From assembly GCA_048013815.1 (NCBI GenBank), contig CM106585.1:11036001-11100000 (forward strand): a stretch of DNA of 64,000 nt. Reading direction: 5' to 3'. The first letter of the stretch is position 1; each line of letters begins with the position of its first letter. This document shows positions 36,377-47,817 of the stretch, piece by piece. The notes beneath the pieces are model-generated. The model did no database searches. It saw only the letters and a list, made by a program, of their open reading frames with translations, and was not told the DNA's origin. This stretch comes from Setoptus koraiensis (taxonomy: Eukaryota > Animalia > Arthropoda). The position numbers were made by a program, and so were the translations under genes.

Positions 36377-36845
36377 CATGCCTTCGTTCCAAGTGATTGT
36401 AGCCAATCCAACTGCTGTCCGTACAGTTTTGAACCCGCTGAAGCATTTTCTGGGGGCGAGCTTCAAAGTTTCAGGATTTAGAGAATGATTTGCGTTCTGT
36501 GTGAACCCACCGTTCTAACGAGTCACGGTCGCTTAGTGCCTCGAATATCGGTTTGATATCAGCCCATATGTTACTTGGGAGAGCTCTCTTGTGTATGTGA
36601 ACCTCATTTTTTGCTTATTTGGATTTAAACTTGCACCAGCTCGATACGCCTTCTGGGTAAAACCGATGATCCGGATTCTCATCGCCAGAGGACTCGTGAT
36701 AATATATCGCCCAGATCGCTCTGTGCATTTTGTCCATGTCGTTTTTGTTCTCTCTAATGGCTCGACCATAATATGTCGTTAGCCTGTCGATGTAAGGCAA
36801 AGTCAATTTACCAGCTCCACCATAACCTTTTTGTGTTCTCAAATC
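36377..36845 (-). mobile_element. Mutator-like (Phantom-type) transposase fragment, frameshifted
   Basis: GKLTLPYIDRLTTYYGRAIREN...MHRAIWAIYYH.SS.DENP.H....G..SWCKF and GFTQNANHSLN...PRKCFSG...AVGLATITWNEG match the characteristic motifs of this family. Confidence 0.8.
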
Positions 36846-39163
36846 ACGTAATCTCTTACCAGATTTCTAGTTCTTCTCCTTCTAGATTTCTTTTTGCTGA
36901 ATCACACATTTTACATATTGAGTTCTTTGTTAGTGTATCGACTACGAGTTGAGATCTGCCTCCAACTAGTTGAATTTTCCTTTGGCATTGGCATGTTGTG
37001 TCACCTTCAATGAATTTCTTTAGTATTTGAAGATCGATGATACCATATATGGGTTCTTCTCTTTTTGTGTATTGATTGCCTCTGAACGATTTCTTAGCTG
37101 GTTGTCTTGACCGAGATCACTTTCTATCTGAAACCATTTTGTTGAATGCTGATTACAGCATATGTATGATGATAAATAGACTAATGATTATGCTGATGAA
37201 TGGACTAATAATTATGCGGTTATTAAATTCGGTTCTTTGATGAACAAAATCTACGGTTTTGTACCAGTTTCAATGAAACAATTGCATCATCATTTTCGAA
37301 GAGAGATGAATATCTAGTTGTGATTTGCAGCAGTCAAAAAAGAGAGCTACTGATCATACAGAGTGGCGCCGGGTGAAGAAGTTTGAATAACAAAGCCATC
37401 AAACATTGTGTGTTGATCGATTCAACCAATCGTCGGTCATAGCAACAACATCACACCTGGTAAAGGTACAATTTCGGTATTTGAGCATAGAATAGATGAG
37501 AGTAGGGCTGAATTCTTGGGAGTTGAAGAGGCTTCCACCCAAAGAAGCTCTCACCACCCCCTTCCTATCTCAAGCCGGAGATGTGTTCCTCTCGCCCGCC
37601 TCTCCCCGATCACCAATTGACATTCTGGCAATCCATCAGGTCGACAAGAAGCGACTAGTGAAGTGACTCTGAATATCTACTTTTAGCAGATCAAAGAGCC
37701 TGTTCGAGATAAATTTTCGTCCGCCAGAATGAGCAAATAATCATGAATCGCATTGGTTTTCTTCGAAGATCTATGGAAGAGACTCGTGTTGGATGTATGG
37801 AGGATAACATTCGGAGAAAGACAACTCATAGTCACTCAACGTGCTCGTAGCTCTACTGATTTTCTGCCATCTACGTCATAGTTGCAACTTCAGTTCGAAA
37901 TCCATCACAAAATATCGACAAATATTGGAAAACGTCATCCATGTAAATGTCAAGCTCAGTCAAACAAAGGAGTTAAAACATTTCATTATTCAAAACAACA
38001 ACTGTCTGAAATGTTTTTTGTGCTGCAATTTTTCATGTTTTCGTGTTTCACTGGTGATAGAAACTTTTCAACGAGAGAGATTTTCAATGGTTGTTCCAGC
38101 CAGAATAACTATTTTTGGTTTAAAAATTTTTTCAAAAACATTTAGAATGTTGCCAGTCATGCTACTCATTTTCGTCAAATGATAATATCACACTCTAAAA
38201 ACAAAATTTCTCTATAGCGATTGTTCGAGCGGACATTTTTTGTCGCATATAGAAAGTGGTGAGACCACCAGACTATTCCATATCCCGACGATTCTGTTTT
38301 AATCAATGATGGGACTTATCTGGTTGAATAAGCTAAAGTAATCAACAATATCTACAACCAAATTCAGGTTAGGACGTCGGTACAACAAGGGGTCGTCTCA
38401 TTCTGGGCTGCTTTTATTTTCTGCCTTCGATTTCGAAAACAGAATATTGTTAAGCACAGTGTAGTTGCGAGGATCGTTCGCCATTTTCGTCATAGTTACA
38501 ACTACAACTCAAAATATATCGCAAAGTATCGGCAGACTAGCGGCGTTGTGCACAACAAAGCTATCAGAGATCGAAACAATCATCTATCCCTATCGTATCG
38601 GTAGAAATACCCACATTCGACTAACGATTTTCGATCATTACGTTATGTCGAATTGCGTTAAGTAACTAAAATGAATTCTTAGATGGCAACATCATCTCGG
38701 CCCCAGTTAACTTGAGGCACACCAACTAGCTAGCCGGTGCGTTCGCAATGTCACTTGTCACGCAGTATTTGCGTGTTTGCATACGCTGAAAATGCTGATC
38801 ATAGTAACCAACCCGATACAGAGAACATTCTGTGATACTATATCTACTAGCAGCACAACGAATGTTGCTCGATCTCGTTGAAGTTTGAATAGAAAGTTGA
38901 AAAAATGTTGCTGTGATCATGTCGAAATGTCTTGTGATCGAACTATTTTCGGAATCGACAAGAATAGATCCGTTTAAACCTATGAGTTTAACACTTCATA
39001 ACGTGGATCCGGAGTATGAATAGTGGTGGATCTGCCAATCAAGAAGCAGATCGAGCGAAAAGTAGTTACTACAAAGTAGTTAGTACAAATTAGTTAGTAC
39101 AAGAAAGCAACCTCATTTTTTATTATTTGAATAGTCAGTTGGGCGATAAACTAGGCAAATAAA

Positions 39164-40645
39164 ATGATGTCGAGAAGCATCCTATTAATTATATATTTGA
39201 TCTGTGTTAATTATATGTTGGTCGATGCAATAAGCAAAGAGCAATGCGTTGCTAAAGTCAAGAAACTTGATAGAGTTGAATTGTCTTCGTACTTGGCAGA
39301 CTTTTCCAGCTTGCTTAGAGAGGGAGATGTTGGAATGGTGAACAGGTGTCTTCGTAGTATTGATGGACACTCGGATCTAAAATTGGTTCAAGATGTGGTA
39401 GAGCAAGCATCAGCTTCATCTGTATGTAAACCAGAATTTGTGGATCAATTGTTGACCGTTAATAAACAATTGAAAGCTAATGCTAGTCGTGGTAAGGTAC
39501 TCAAGCGCAAGCAGACGAACCGACTACTTCCATTTTTCCGAATGTTTGCTGGTCAGGTTGTCTTAACTTGCAAAAAGTCCTTAGCGGAAAAACTGGAGTC
39601 GGCAGAAAAAGATGAAGTATTAGTGGCAAGTCTGGCCAAAATCACAGAGGTGTCGGAAGCAAGGAATGTGCCAAATGATGACAGAGAGGTTCAAAAATTG
39701 AGTGCTCCCATGAGAAAGATATTCAACCTGGCCATAAAGTATACTCCGACAGTCTTCAGCAAGGTTGAGAATATCATTCTGGCAGATTCGTTAAAACCGA
39801 CGCCAGATTCAGAGTTATCAATCCAAATGACATTCAATAGTCAACAGTCAATCGAGGAGTTCTACTCAATTAAGAAGGCTTGCAAAAAGATAGAGCAATA
39901 TGCACAAGGCTCCATCTACGCCATACCCCGACTGGCTGTCGAGGGATACTTAGCACGTGATGATACAAGTGATCTTGAAAGAAACTTGAGCGAAAATTCA
40001 CGACTTCTTAAATGGATTCAAGTCGTTCAACACTGCCAAGGTGTTCTCCTTGTCGTAGCGAATTTAGATTTAGAAAGCGATGTCGTTGATAGACTTGACA
40101 AGGAAATACTTAATGACGAACGGATTTTCATCGTCAACATCGACAAAAAACCAACTGGTGTCATCGTGAGCAATCCTACGCACACATTTGATCAATCAGA
40201 TACGTTCGACTCATTCGACAAAAATCTCAAATGTTATACCCAATCAAAAGGTTTTTCCGGTTGGTTGATGAAACATGTTGGTGCCGAGCGCTTGTTATCG
40301 AAATATCTGAAATTATCGGTCCTCGACGAATCCATTAAGCAATCCTTGATGGCTAGAGAAGAGGATCCCGAGCATGAAGTTCAATTTGGATCTACTGCTC
40401 CTATAGCCTACGGTATGGGGTATGCACATGGTACGACAATGGCTAATATGCAAGCGCATGTAGCCCATCATGCCTCATCTCATGCTCATGTGGTCCATCA
40501 ATGGGGAATAGCAATAGGATTCATCCTGGGATGCATTCTCGCTGTAACTTTGTTTTGCATGTGGGCAGCGAAATATGGAGGTGTAGGCCGAGATCACCCT
40601 GATTATGGCAAGCCAAATAAAGGTTGGATCGAATATAGAACATAA
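39164..40645 (+). CDS. Family-1 paralog (493 aa) with signal peptide and a C-terminal transmembrane helix
   Basis: Intronless. Shares 7 Cys and motifs with the 21662 protein (QC..KVK, SVC..E, GQV..TCK, AC..IE.Y..SI, W...VQ.C, LKC). TM segment WGIAIGFILGCILAVTLFCMWAA. Confidence 0.88.
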   Translation: MMSRSILLIIYLICVNYMLVDAISKEQCVAKVKKLDRVELSSYLADFSSLLREGDVGMVNRCLRSIDGHSDLKLVQDVVEQASASSVCKPEFVDQLLTVNKQLKANASRGKVLKRKQTNRLLPFFRMFAGQVVLTCKKSLAEKLESAEKDEVLVASLAKITEVSEARNVPNDDREVQKLSAPMRKIFNLAIKYTPTVFSKVENIILADSLKPTPDSELSIQMTFNSQQSIEEFYSIKKACKKIEQYAQGSIYAIPRLAVEGYLARDDTSDLERNLSENSRLLKWIQVVQHCQGVLLVVANLDLESDVVDRLDKEILNDERIFIVNIDKKPTGVIVSNPTHTFDQSDTFDSFDKNLKCYTQSKGFSGWLMKHVGAERLLSKYLKLSVLDESIKQSLMAREEDPEHEVQFGSTAPIAYGMGYAHGTTMANMQAHVAHHASSHAHVVHQWGIAIGFILGCILAVTLFCMWAAKYGGVGRDHPDYGKPNKGWIEYRT

Positions 40646-40880
40646 TTGTTGTGACACTGTTAACAGCTAGTCAAGCACCATATCATCATTGAGTTATCCA
40701 ATTATCCGATAGTCATCCAATTTGACAGTCGCACACGGTTTCGGCAGCCATACCGGGTATGGCTGCCGAAATACAGCCATGTCTGAGCCAAACAAAATAA
40801 AGATAGAAAAGCATTGAATTCGAGCCATTTCCAGATCTCTCTACTCGCTACACTTCAATTTATTTATTTAACTTATAAAT

Positions 40881-41360
40881 ATGGTCACGAGATAATGCAG
40901 AAATTATGTTTCGTTCGTCGATTATTATTTATTGTTGGAGTTGCCGAGTATATATCCGTAAACCATGCTGGCATGGGGACACCATGGTTTCGGCTTTTGT
41001 CGATTGTTCTCGGAATGATAAATTTTCTTGTGTCGGTTGCTTCTTTATTCTTTGCTCTCACAAGTTGGAGAGCTTCTTTGACAAACGTTTCCCTTAGACT
41101 AGCGCTTCTGTTGTTGTATCAATTATCATAAATCAGTAATCAATCAACGATGGGAAGACTTTTTAATGAATAAGCTCACATGTCAGAAAGGACTCCGGTG
41201 AATGTTATCATGAGACTATTTATAGATACTCCAACCGGCATTGACTTGTTCCATCGGATGAGTCAGCTCTCGAAAGCGAACAACATCGACGAGCATGACA
41301 AAATATCGACGCTTAAGTATATTGTAATGTCGACAATCCGAAATATCGACAGTACAGAAT
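40881..41360 (-). pseudogene. Family-2 copy: 3' part plus upstream flank with the middle deleted
   Basis: Aligns to 25096-25340 and about 25890-26115. The upstream flank is repeated again at about 42690-42900. Confidence 0.8.
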
Positions 41361-41519
41361 TCCATCGCTGGACTCCATAAACTGTGTTCGATAGATAAAA
41401 CGGTCGGTACCTTTTCGGTAAGCAAGCAACTGCTTTATCTCAGTTGTAGGCTCACGACGTTCGAGATCCATGAGATATAAAGCCGAAAGAATTAAATATC
41501 CCATATTCAATCAGGACGA

Positions 41520-42290
41520 AGCTACATCTGCACCATACCCCGACCGACTGTGGAAGGATATTTGGCACGCGATGATATGAGCGATCTCGAAAAAAGCTCG
41601 AGCAAATATTTACGAGTTCTTAGCCGTTCAATATTGCCGACGTATTCTCCTTGTCCTGACCAATCGAGATTTGGATAGCGATGTTGTCGACAAACTCGAC
41701 AAGGAAATATTGAATGACGAGCGAATTTTTCCCATTCCGATCGACAGAGAATCAACTGGTGTTGTAACCTACACAGTACTTTGTGTGGTTGCTATTTAAA
41801 CAATATTACAGCTGCTTGCTACAAATGCTAGTAAATACTAATGATAACGACAACATTAGTCTGTCGCGTGGTGAGATTGTGGGTAATCCGGTGCACATAT
41901 TTGATCAGTCAGTTGCCTTCGACTCATCTGACACAGATCTGAAATGTTACACGCAATCGAAAGGTTTCTCCGGTTGGCTGTTGAAACGTGCTGGTGCCGA
42001 ACTCTTTTTGAGCCAAATATCTGAAATTATCTGTGCTCGACGAATCTATAAAACAATCATTGATGCCAAGAGAGGAAGATCCTGAGCAAGATGTCCAATT
42101 CGGATCTATATCTCCTCTGGTGTACGGTATGGTCAAGCGATGGCCCATATACCATCGCAAGCGCATGCAGCACATCATGCATCATCTCATGCTCATCTGC
42201 TACACCTATGGGGGGTGGGTGGTTGGGTTTATTTTGGGTGGAGAAATATGAAGATGTCGGCCGAGACTATCCTGATCATAGCGAGAAATA
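41520..42290 (+). pseudogene. Degenerate copy of the C-terminal half of the 39164 gene
   Basis: Aligns to about 39910-40610 with frameshifts (DLKCYTQSKGFSGWLLK...EEDPEQDVQFGS). Confidence 0.85.
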
Positions 42291-43692
42291 GGACAATATT
42301 TGAGTGTCTGTAACTGCAACTCATGAAAGAATAAATGCATTATAGTCAGCAACTGTTTCGAAATGTTCGTATGACTCCTCCTTCGATCAAGACCGAGAAT
42401 TTCTGAAGTTTCGACGATTAGCTACTGACTGTGTAACAGAACAGGGTGTTGTCCCATTACGAGTTGTTTTTATTTTGGGTATCAGATTCTCAAAAAATGA
42501 TGCCTGATTGGGAAAGTCCCGCACGTGAACCCAGAAATCTGGTTTATTTCTGTTTCTGGTTTGTTGTTCGCAAGCCACGCTCATTTTTGCGCGAAAATTT
42601 TACTTTTTATCCTCATTTCACTGTGACAATGTGCCGATACATCGAAAAACCATGCTGTCATGGGGACACCATGGTTTCGACATCTCTTGATTGTAGGCCG
42701 CGCCAGTCGCCTATTTATAGATAGTCCTGCCAGCATTGACTTGTTCCATCTGACGAGTCAGCTCTCGAAAGTGAACAACAGCGACGAAATCATAATACGA
42801 GCAAAGCATCCGACAAAATATCGACACTCAAGAATACTGTACTGTCGACAGTCCGAAATATCGGCAGTGCAGAATTCCATAGTTAGACTCCACAAACTGT
42901 GTCCAGACCTCTGTATCTCAACCGATAGATAAAACATAGGTACATTTCCGGTAAGCAAGCAACTGGCTTCTTGCAGTTCTAGGCTCACGTTGTTCGAGAC
43001 CTATGAGATACAGAGCCGAAAGAATTGAATATTCCATATTCGACCAACATTTTCAATTACAAGCTCATGAGATGATGTAAAGATGTGTGTTCCGTTTACC
43101 GATTTCTGGCCAATCAGCAGTTGAAGATGGTGAAAAAAAATATCGCTGAGGAGACTGCAGCGAAGCATCTGCACGTGTTGGATATTAGTTGATATAAGTG
43201 AGTTTTAGGAATAACAATTAATTAGTTACTATTTAGCATTTACTCAATAAATAAAATTGCGTTAGCAAAATATTCGCAAGTCACGCGCGGCCAACAGATG
43301 AAATCCAACACATGTGACATGTATTCCTCTTCTACTAACTATCCATTTTCGCGAGATCTCATTTATATCTGTTATCTTGTCTGATCTTATCTTATTTATC
43401 TTATCTTATTATCTTATTTATATCTGTCTATACTGGGCTAGCATGCTTGCAAACTCTTTTTCCTGAAGCAATTTATCTGATATCATCATACAATAAAATC
43501 AGCAATAAATCTTTATTTGTGTGTGGGATAGAACCTCACTTTTGAGTTGTATAATCATTCCTGCATATTTGTTATACCTGGAGATAAGCATTCATTCAAC
43601 AAGTCGATCATTTTGATAAATTGCAAATAAATCAACCAATTAACAGGCGGTAGACTCGAAAATATACAAGACAAAATTTAAAATCACTGCAT

Positions 43693-44324
43693 ATGGCAGA
43701 GCAAATTGCGGCCTTGGTGGCCGCCATCTGTCTAGTAGCATCCGCTATTATGGCTCCACAGTTGGATTGTAATGATGGTAAATATGAGAGCCTCTGGATT
43801 CTATTGATAATTTGTTCCGTACTTGCGACAATAATAGCACTAAGCTATTTCATTGACATGTCAGTCGTCCTATCGGGACCTGTATTGACCATCGTGAGTG
43901 CCCATTCTGATCGATTGATTCTTCTATTTAGTTTCATGCAATACCCAGATGAACCTGCATTCTGTCATAAAATCTATATCAATTGTCATTCATCCATTTT
44001 CTTTTTTACATGCTCAGGTCAACACTTTGTATATTTTGTTTGCCGGAGCTCTTCTATGGACTATTTTATATGTAGATTTTAACGAAGTATGCGGAGGGGA
44101 AAAAATATTTTTCGATGCTGCTTTCAAATACGTTATTCTATATGTTCTTGGTGAGTAGAAAATGGCAGTTCGTAGTGCAGTTGACAGCATCATAGCAACC
44201 AATCGAGGTATGTCTTCTCATTCTTTCTTTTTACTAACGAATGCACTTTATATATTCCAAAAAATACAACTTCGCAGAAATTCTGGGAGGGCTCGCTATG
44301 GTCAGGGTGCATTCGATGCTTTAA
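43693..44324 (+). CDS. Small multi-pass (about 4 TM) membrane protein, 3 exons, about 126 aa, unknown function
   Basis: Exons 43693-43893, 44018-44150, 44278-44324. GTGAGT donors, CAG acceptors and a TACTAAC branch point in intron 2. Confidence 0.72.
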
Positions 44325-44545
44325 CAAAAATTGCACATCTACTGATGAAATCGGTTAGAATTACAACGATCACTTTCACTATCTAGAGTCGCTTTATTAG
44401 TTTGGCAAAATGAAATCACAATCAGCACCACAGTGCTGCCCAAACTACTAATCAGTTTATGGTGTACCGATGGAAGTTAACATCAAGTTCTCTGGATAGT
44501 CTGGATCTCGACAAAATTTAATATTACCATCTGTATTAATACCGC

Positions 44546-45604
44546 TTATGAGTTTCCAAACCTCAATAAAGCATCGTTGATGATGGTCGCAGCTTCCCCT
44601 GAGTTGCTCATGTGCAAAAAGTGGTCACAATAATTAATCCATTCTAGGTGGAATGTTTTACAACTGGCCTCCATTCTATCCTTGAGAAAATGAAAATCGT
44701 TTGTCAAATAGTCCTTTTTACGTGCATTGTACAAGCCTCTTTTTCCCAATAGAACCACACAGTTAAAAGTGTAACCAGTACCAACGGTCTTGGCAAATTC
44801 TACGTGATCACGATAATTCAACATGAAGCTTAATTTGGGATCATTCGTGAAATAGAACTTGTCTTTCTTTTCTGGAACTGGTTCACTACAACGAGCAAAC
44901 AAGCACATTGCATCATTCCGTTCTAAAACTGCACCGCAAAATCCTTCATGCTCATAAATAATAGCATAAAGTATATTATCTTTTGTGACCGTCGCTCTCT
45001 CTTCATTAGAACTAGATCGCTGGATCACCATGTCTATATTGAATGCTATTTGTTGCATCAAGATACTTGCTGGTAATGTTGGAGTTTTTAACAAGTCCAA
45101 CAAAATTACTTGTTCTATATCTTCAGGAAAAAAGCTCGCATACCACTCTGATAAAGCTGCACCCAATGAATGGCCCAGCAATATAAATTTATCGTCACTA
45201 TCATCCTTACTGGTATCATTTTCATTTTCGTCAATGGTTTGGTTTGGTTTCATTGGTGTCTTGGTGGGGTCATCTTCGAATTTTATCCTGGAATGACTCT
45301 TCTTATTCCAGCCTAATGAGCGCACAACGAAACGAATTGTCGAAAGGAAGAGAAAATCATTATAGGGCGCATGACTGGGTGTCCTCGACGATCTCCCATG
45401 GCCAGGTAGATCAATGGCCACGACATAAACTCCATTGGGGTGCTCAAGTAATGGTACCAACTTGTCGAAGCTTCCGGCATTGTCCGTCCATCCGTGCAAA
45501 GCCAAGATTTTTTTGCAGCCTTTTGTTTGTTTGTTCCATACCTTTGCCGCTATCACTCCGTGATCAGTTTCGATTTCAATCTCTTGGATGACGGTGTTGG
45601 ACAT
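44546..45604 (-). CDS. Serine hydrolase-like protein (alpha/beta hydrolase, SERHL/kraken type)
   Basis: LALHGWTDNAGSFD, VAIDLPGHGRSS, nucleophile elbow GHSLG, C-terminal HFLH. Intronless, 352 aa. Confidence 0.9.
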   Translation of the reverse strand: MSNTVIQEIEIETDHGVIAAKVWNKQTKGCKKILALHGWTDNAGSFDKLVPLLEHPNGVYVVAIDLPGHGRSSRTPSHAPYNDFLFLSTIRFVVRSLGWNKKSHSRIKFEDDPTKTPMKPNQTIDENENDTSKDDSDDKFILLGHSLGAALSEWYASFFPEDIEQVILLDLLKTPTLPASILMQQIAFNIDMVIQRSSSNEERATVTKDNILYAIIYEHEGFCGAVLERNDAMCLFARCSEPVPEKKDKFYFTNDPKLSFMLNYRDHVEFAKTVGTGYTFNCVVLLGKRGLYNARKKDYLTNDFHFLKDRMEASCKTFHLEWINYCDHFLHMSNSGEAATIINDALLRFGNS

Positions 45605-46089
45605 TGTTTAACTTTGTTAGACTGATTTGATGTAAATAGGTGATCGAGTATGCTTTGAATTTAATTTGATTCGTTCCGAACTGTGTTCCAAAAATCATTC
45701 GATGACTTTAGTTTCGATGTGGTTCATAACAAATCTGCAATTCAGGATAACTTGAGATCTTCTGTCTAAGTTACTTATCACACATAAATAATACACATAG
45801 ATAATGACGTGGGGCGGGTATTTGTTTCATACACTAAAAATGTGCCGTATAAACTGTTGAGCTCACGAAGATGAAAGAGCTCCTAAATATTTCTAGATGA
45901 GATGAATTTTTTCATCTAAAGCCTGTAAGTCCTGCCTGACTCAGACACCAAATCCGATCAAAGATCTAAACAATTTAAGCAAAAAGTTATAGCTTGAACA
46001 TAATTCGCTTAATCGGCCAATCCATGCAAGCACATCAGAAGGTTGAATTGAGATGAAAAACGATCAAACTGCACCCACTATCTACTAAT

Positions 46090-46710
46090 TTTCAGCACTT
46101 TTATCTCTAACTTTGCAATCTTTCATCAAATCTGTGAATAACTAATTGATTGATCAGCTGAGATCTGAGTTGGCTTCGCTTTTATCTCTGATCATCTACC
46201 GTATTCACCCGATTGCCTTTCGGATGCAAACATGTAATCGATGAGTAGGGACAAAGAAATCTTTCTTGTGGAGCAACAATCCTGAAAGTTAGTTAAATTA
46301 TGCCTATAGAAACTGCCACATTTTGAACTTTTAGGTTCTCGATTTTCAGAAATGGGGCATGGTTAGAGAAGTCTTTCTTAAGTGGACCTAAAAATCTGAT
46401 TTATTTCCGTTTCCGCTTTTTTCCTTGAGCAACGTATGTTTTTCAGAGAATTTCAACTTTGGGGCTCGGATTAACTATGAAGGAGAGTCGATGCAAGTTT
46501 ATTTTTTTTTCTTTCAGCTGACGCCTTTTCTGATGAACTAGTCTATAGAATGCAACAAAGAAAGAACCTAAGAAAAGTCGCACAGTTCTTGTGGAAATCA
46601 CCAAAAACTTCAGCTACCACGACTGCATTATCATAAATTCCTCTATATTGCGAAAATTTCTGCCAGAGCATGAATGGTTTCAACGATTTCTGCCAATAAA
46701 AGTGGAAAGT
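46090..46710 (+). repeat. About 610-620-bp direct repeat, second copy at 48935-49542
   Basis: Highly similar by eye with a few small indels. Confidence 0.95.
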
Positions 46711-46716
46711 TTCACC

Positions 46717-46995
46717 TCAGACCACGTAGCCTCTGGTGAAGGGCTCCAATTTTGTGACTTTCCAATTTATTACTGGCCATCCAATGAACAGGTCATTTTG
46801 TAATCTCTCATGATATCTAAAGTCCAGCGACGACTTAATACTAAACACCTGACCTTCAGTCAGAAATCTTGGTTTTGCGAAGTACCGTTTGATGAGCCGA
46901 GAATAGTCAAATGAAGAGGGATGATTTGGCGAATGGATCAGAGTAATAGAGGCCGCCGTGATAGTATTCGCGTTTCGTTTGGCTGCGTCCATCTC
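46717..46995 (-). pseudogene. Isolated peroxin-6 (PEX6)-like N-domain fragment
   Basis: ASITLIHSPNHP...YSRLIKRYFAKPRFLTEGQVFSI...INWKVTKLEP..RGYVV resembles the PEX6 segment preceding the AAA domains. It ends at the repeat breakpoint and no AAA domain lies nearby. Confidence 0.5.
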
Positions 46996-47039
46996 AAGTG
47001 TTTCCAAAGATGAACGTTAGTTCATTGAGTTGTGATCAT

Positions 47040-47567
47040 TAGGGTAGGGCAAATCGGTTCCGAGCCGAATTACCCCTTTGCATGGCAAAACCCTAAAAAT
47101 TTTCTAGCGAGTCATTCTTATCACAAGGATGATTTTGAGACGTATTTGTAGTCACCGAAAAACCGAAATTCAACCCATTTTCCTCATAATCACCGATTTT
47201 CACCAACTTGCACATAAGGACCGAAATACGGGTGGTTTTCATGGAAAAGTGGAAATTTAGCCCAAATTATAAAGAAAAGCTGCCCTGTTGGGGTCTCCGA
47301 GAGTCGGTTGCTGGGCAATCGATCACTGATCACTTGTGATATTTATGTGATTTGTTAGGCCGACCAATCGGTCAGCCTAACAAAGTCGCGCTGATATTGA
47401 GCTATCTGTCGGAAAACGCAACAAAACCATCGATTCTCGAAGCAACCTGTACTCACTGTAAATGGTGTTTCAAAAGTATCGAGACAAAAAAAAACCGGGA
47501 AAATGCAATATTTCTTCCCATATGAACCGATTTTGGTGGATTTTAGTGACCGATTTGCCCTACCCTA
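47040..47567. mobile_element. Non-autonomous hAT element (528 bp)
   Basis: Perfect 19-bp TIRs TAGGGTAGGGCAAATCGGT and an 8-bp TSD GTGATCAT (47032-47039, 47568-47575). Confidence 0.92.
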
Positions 47568-47817
47568 GTGATCATAAATAGATCAGTCAGACAATAGGAC
47601 ACACAAATATCGTTTGTAAACAAATGTTTTTGCAACTTGTGCGCTTACAGTCGGATGCACAGGCACATTTGGTGCGATCATATATTGATATTTGCACAAA
47701 CAAGTGAGTGACTCGTGCATTGCAACCGATACAACTTTTCACACACAATCTCTAGTTCAATACTGATTCAATTATCCGACCGTCAGTCGACTGTCAAATT
47801 TATTTACACAACAAGCA

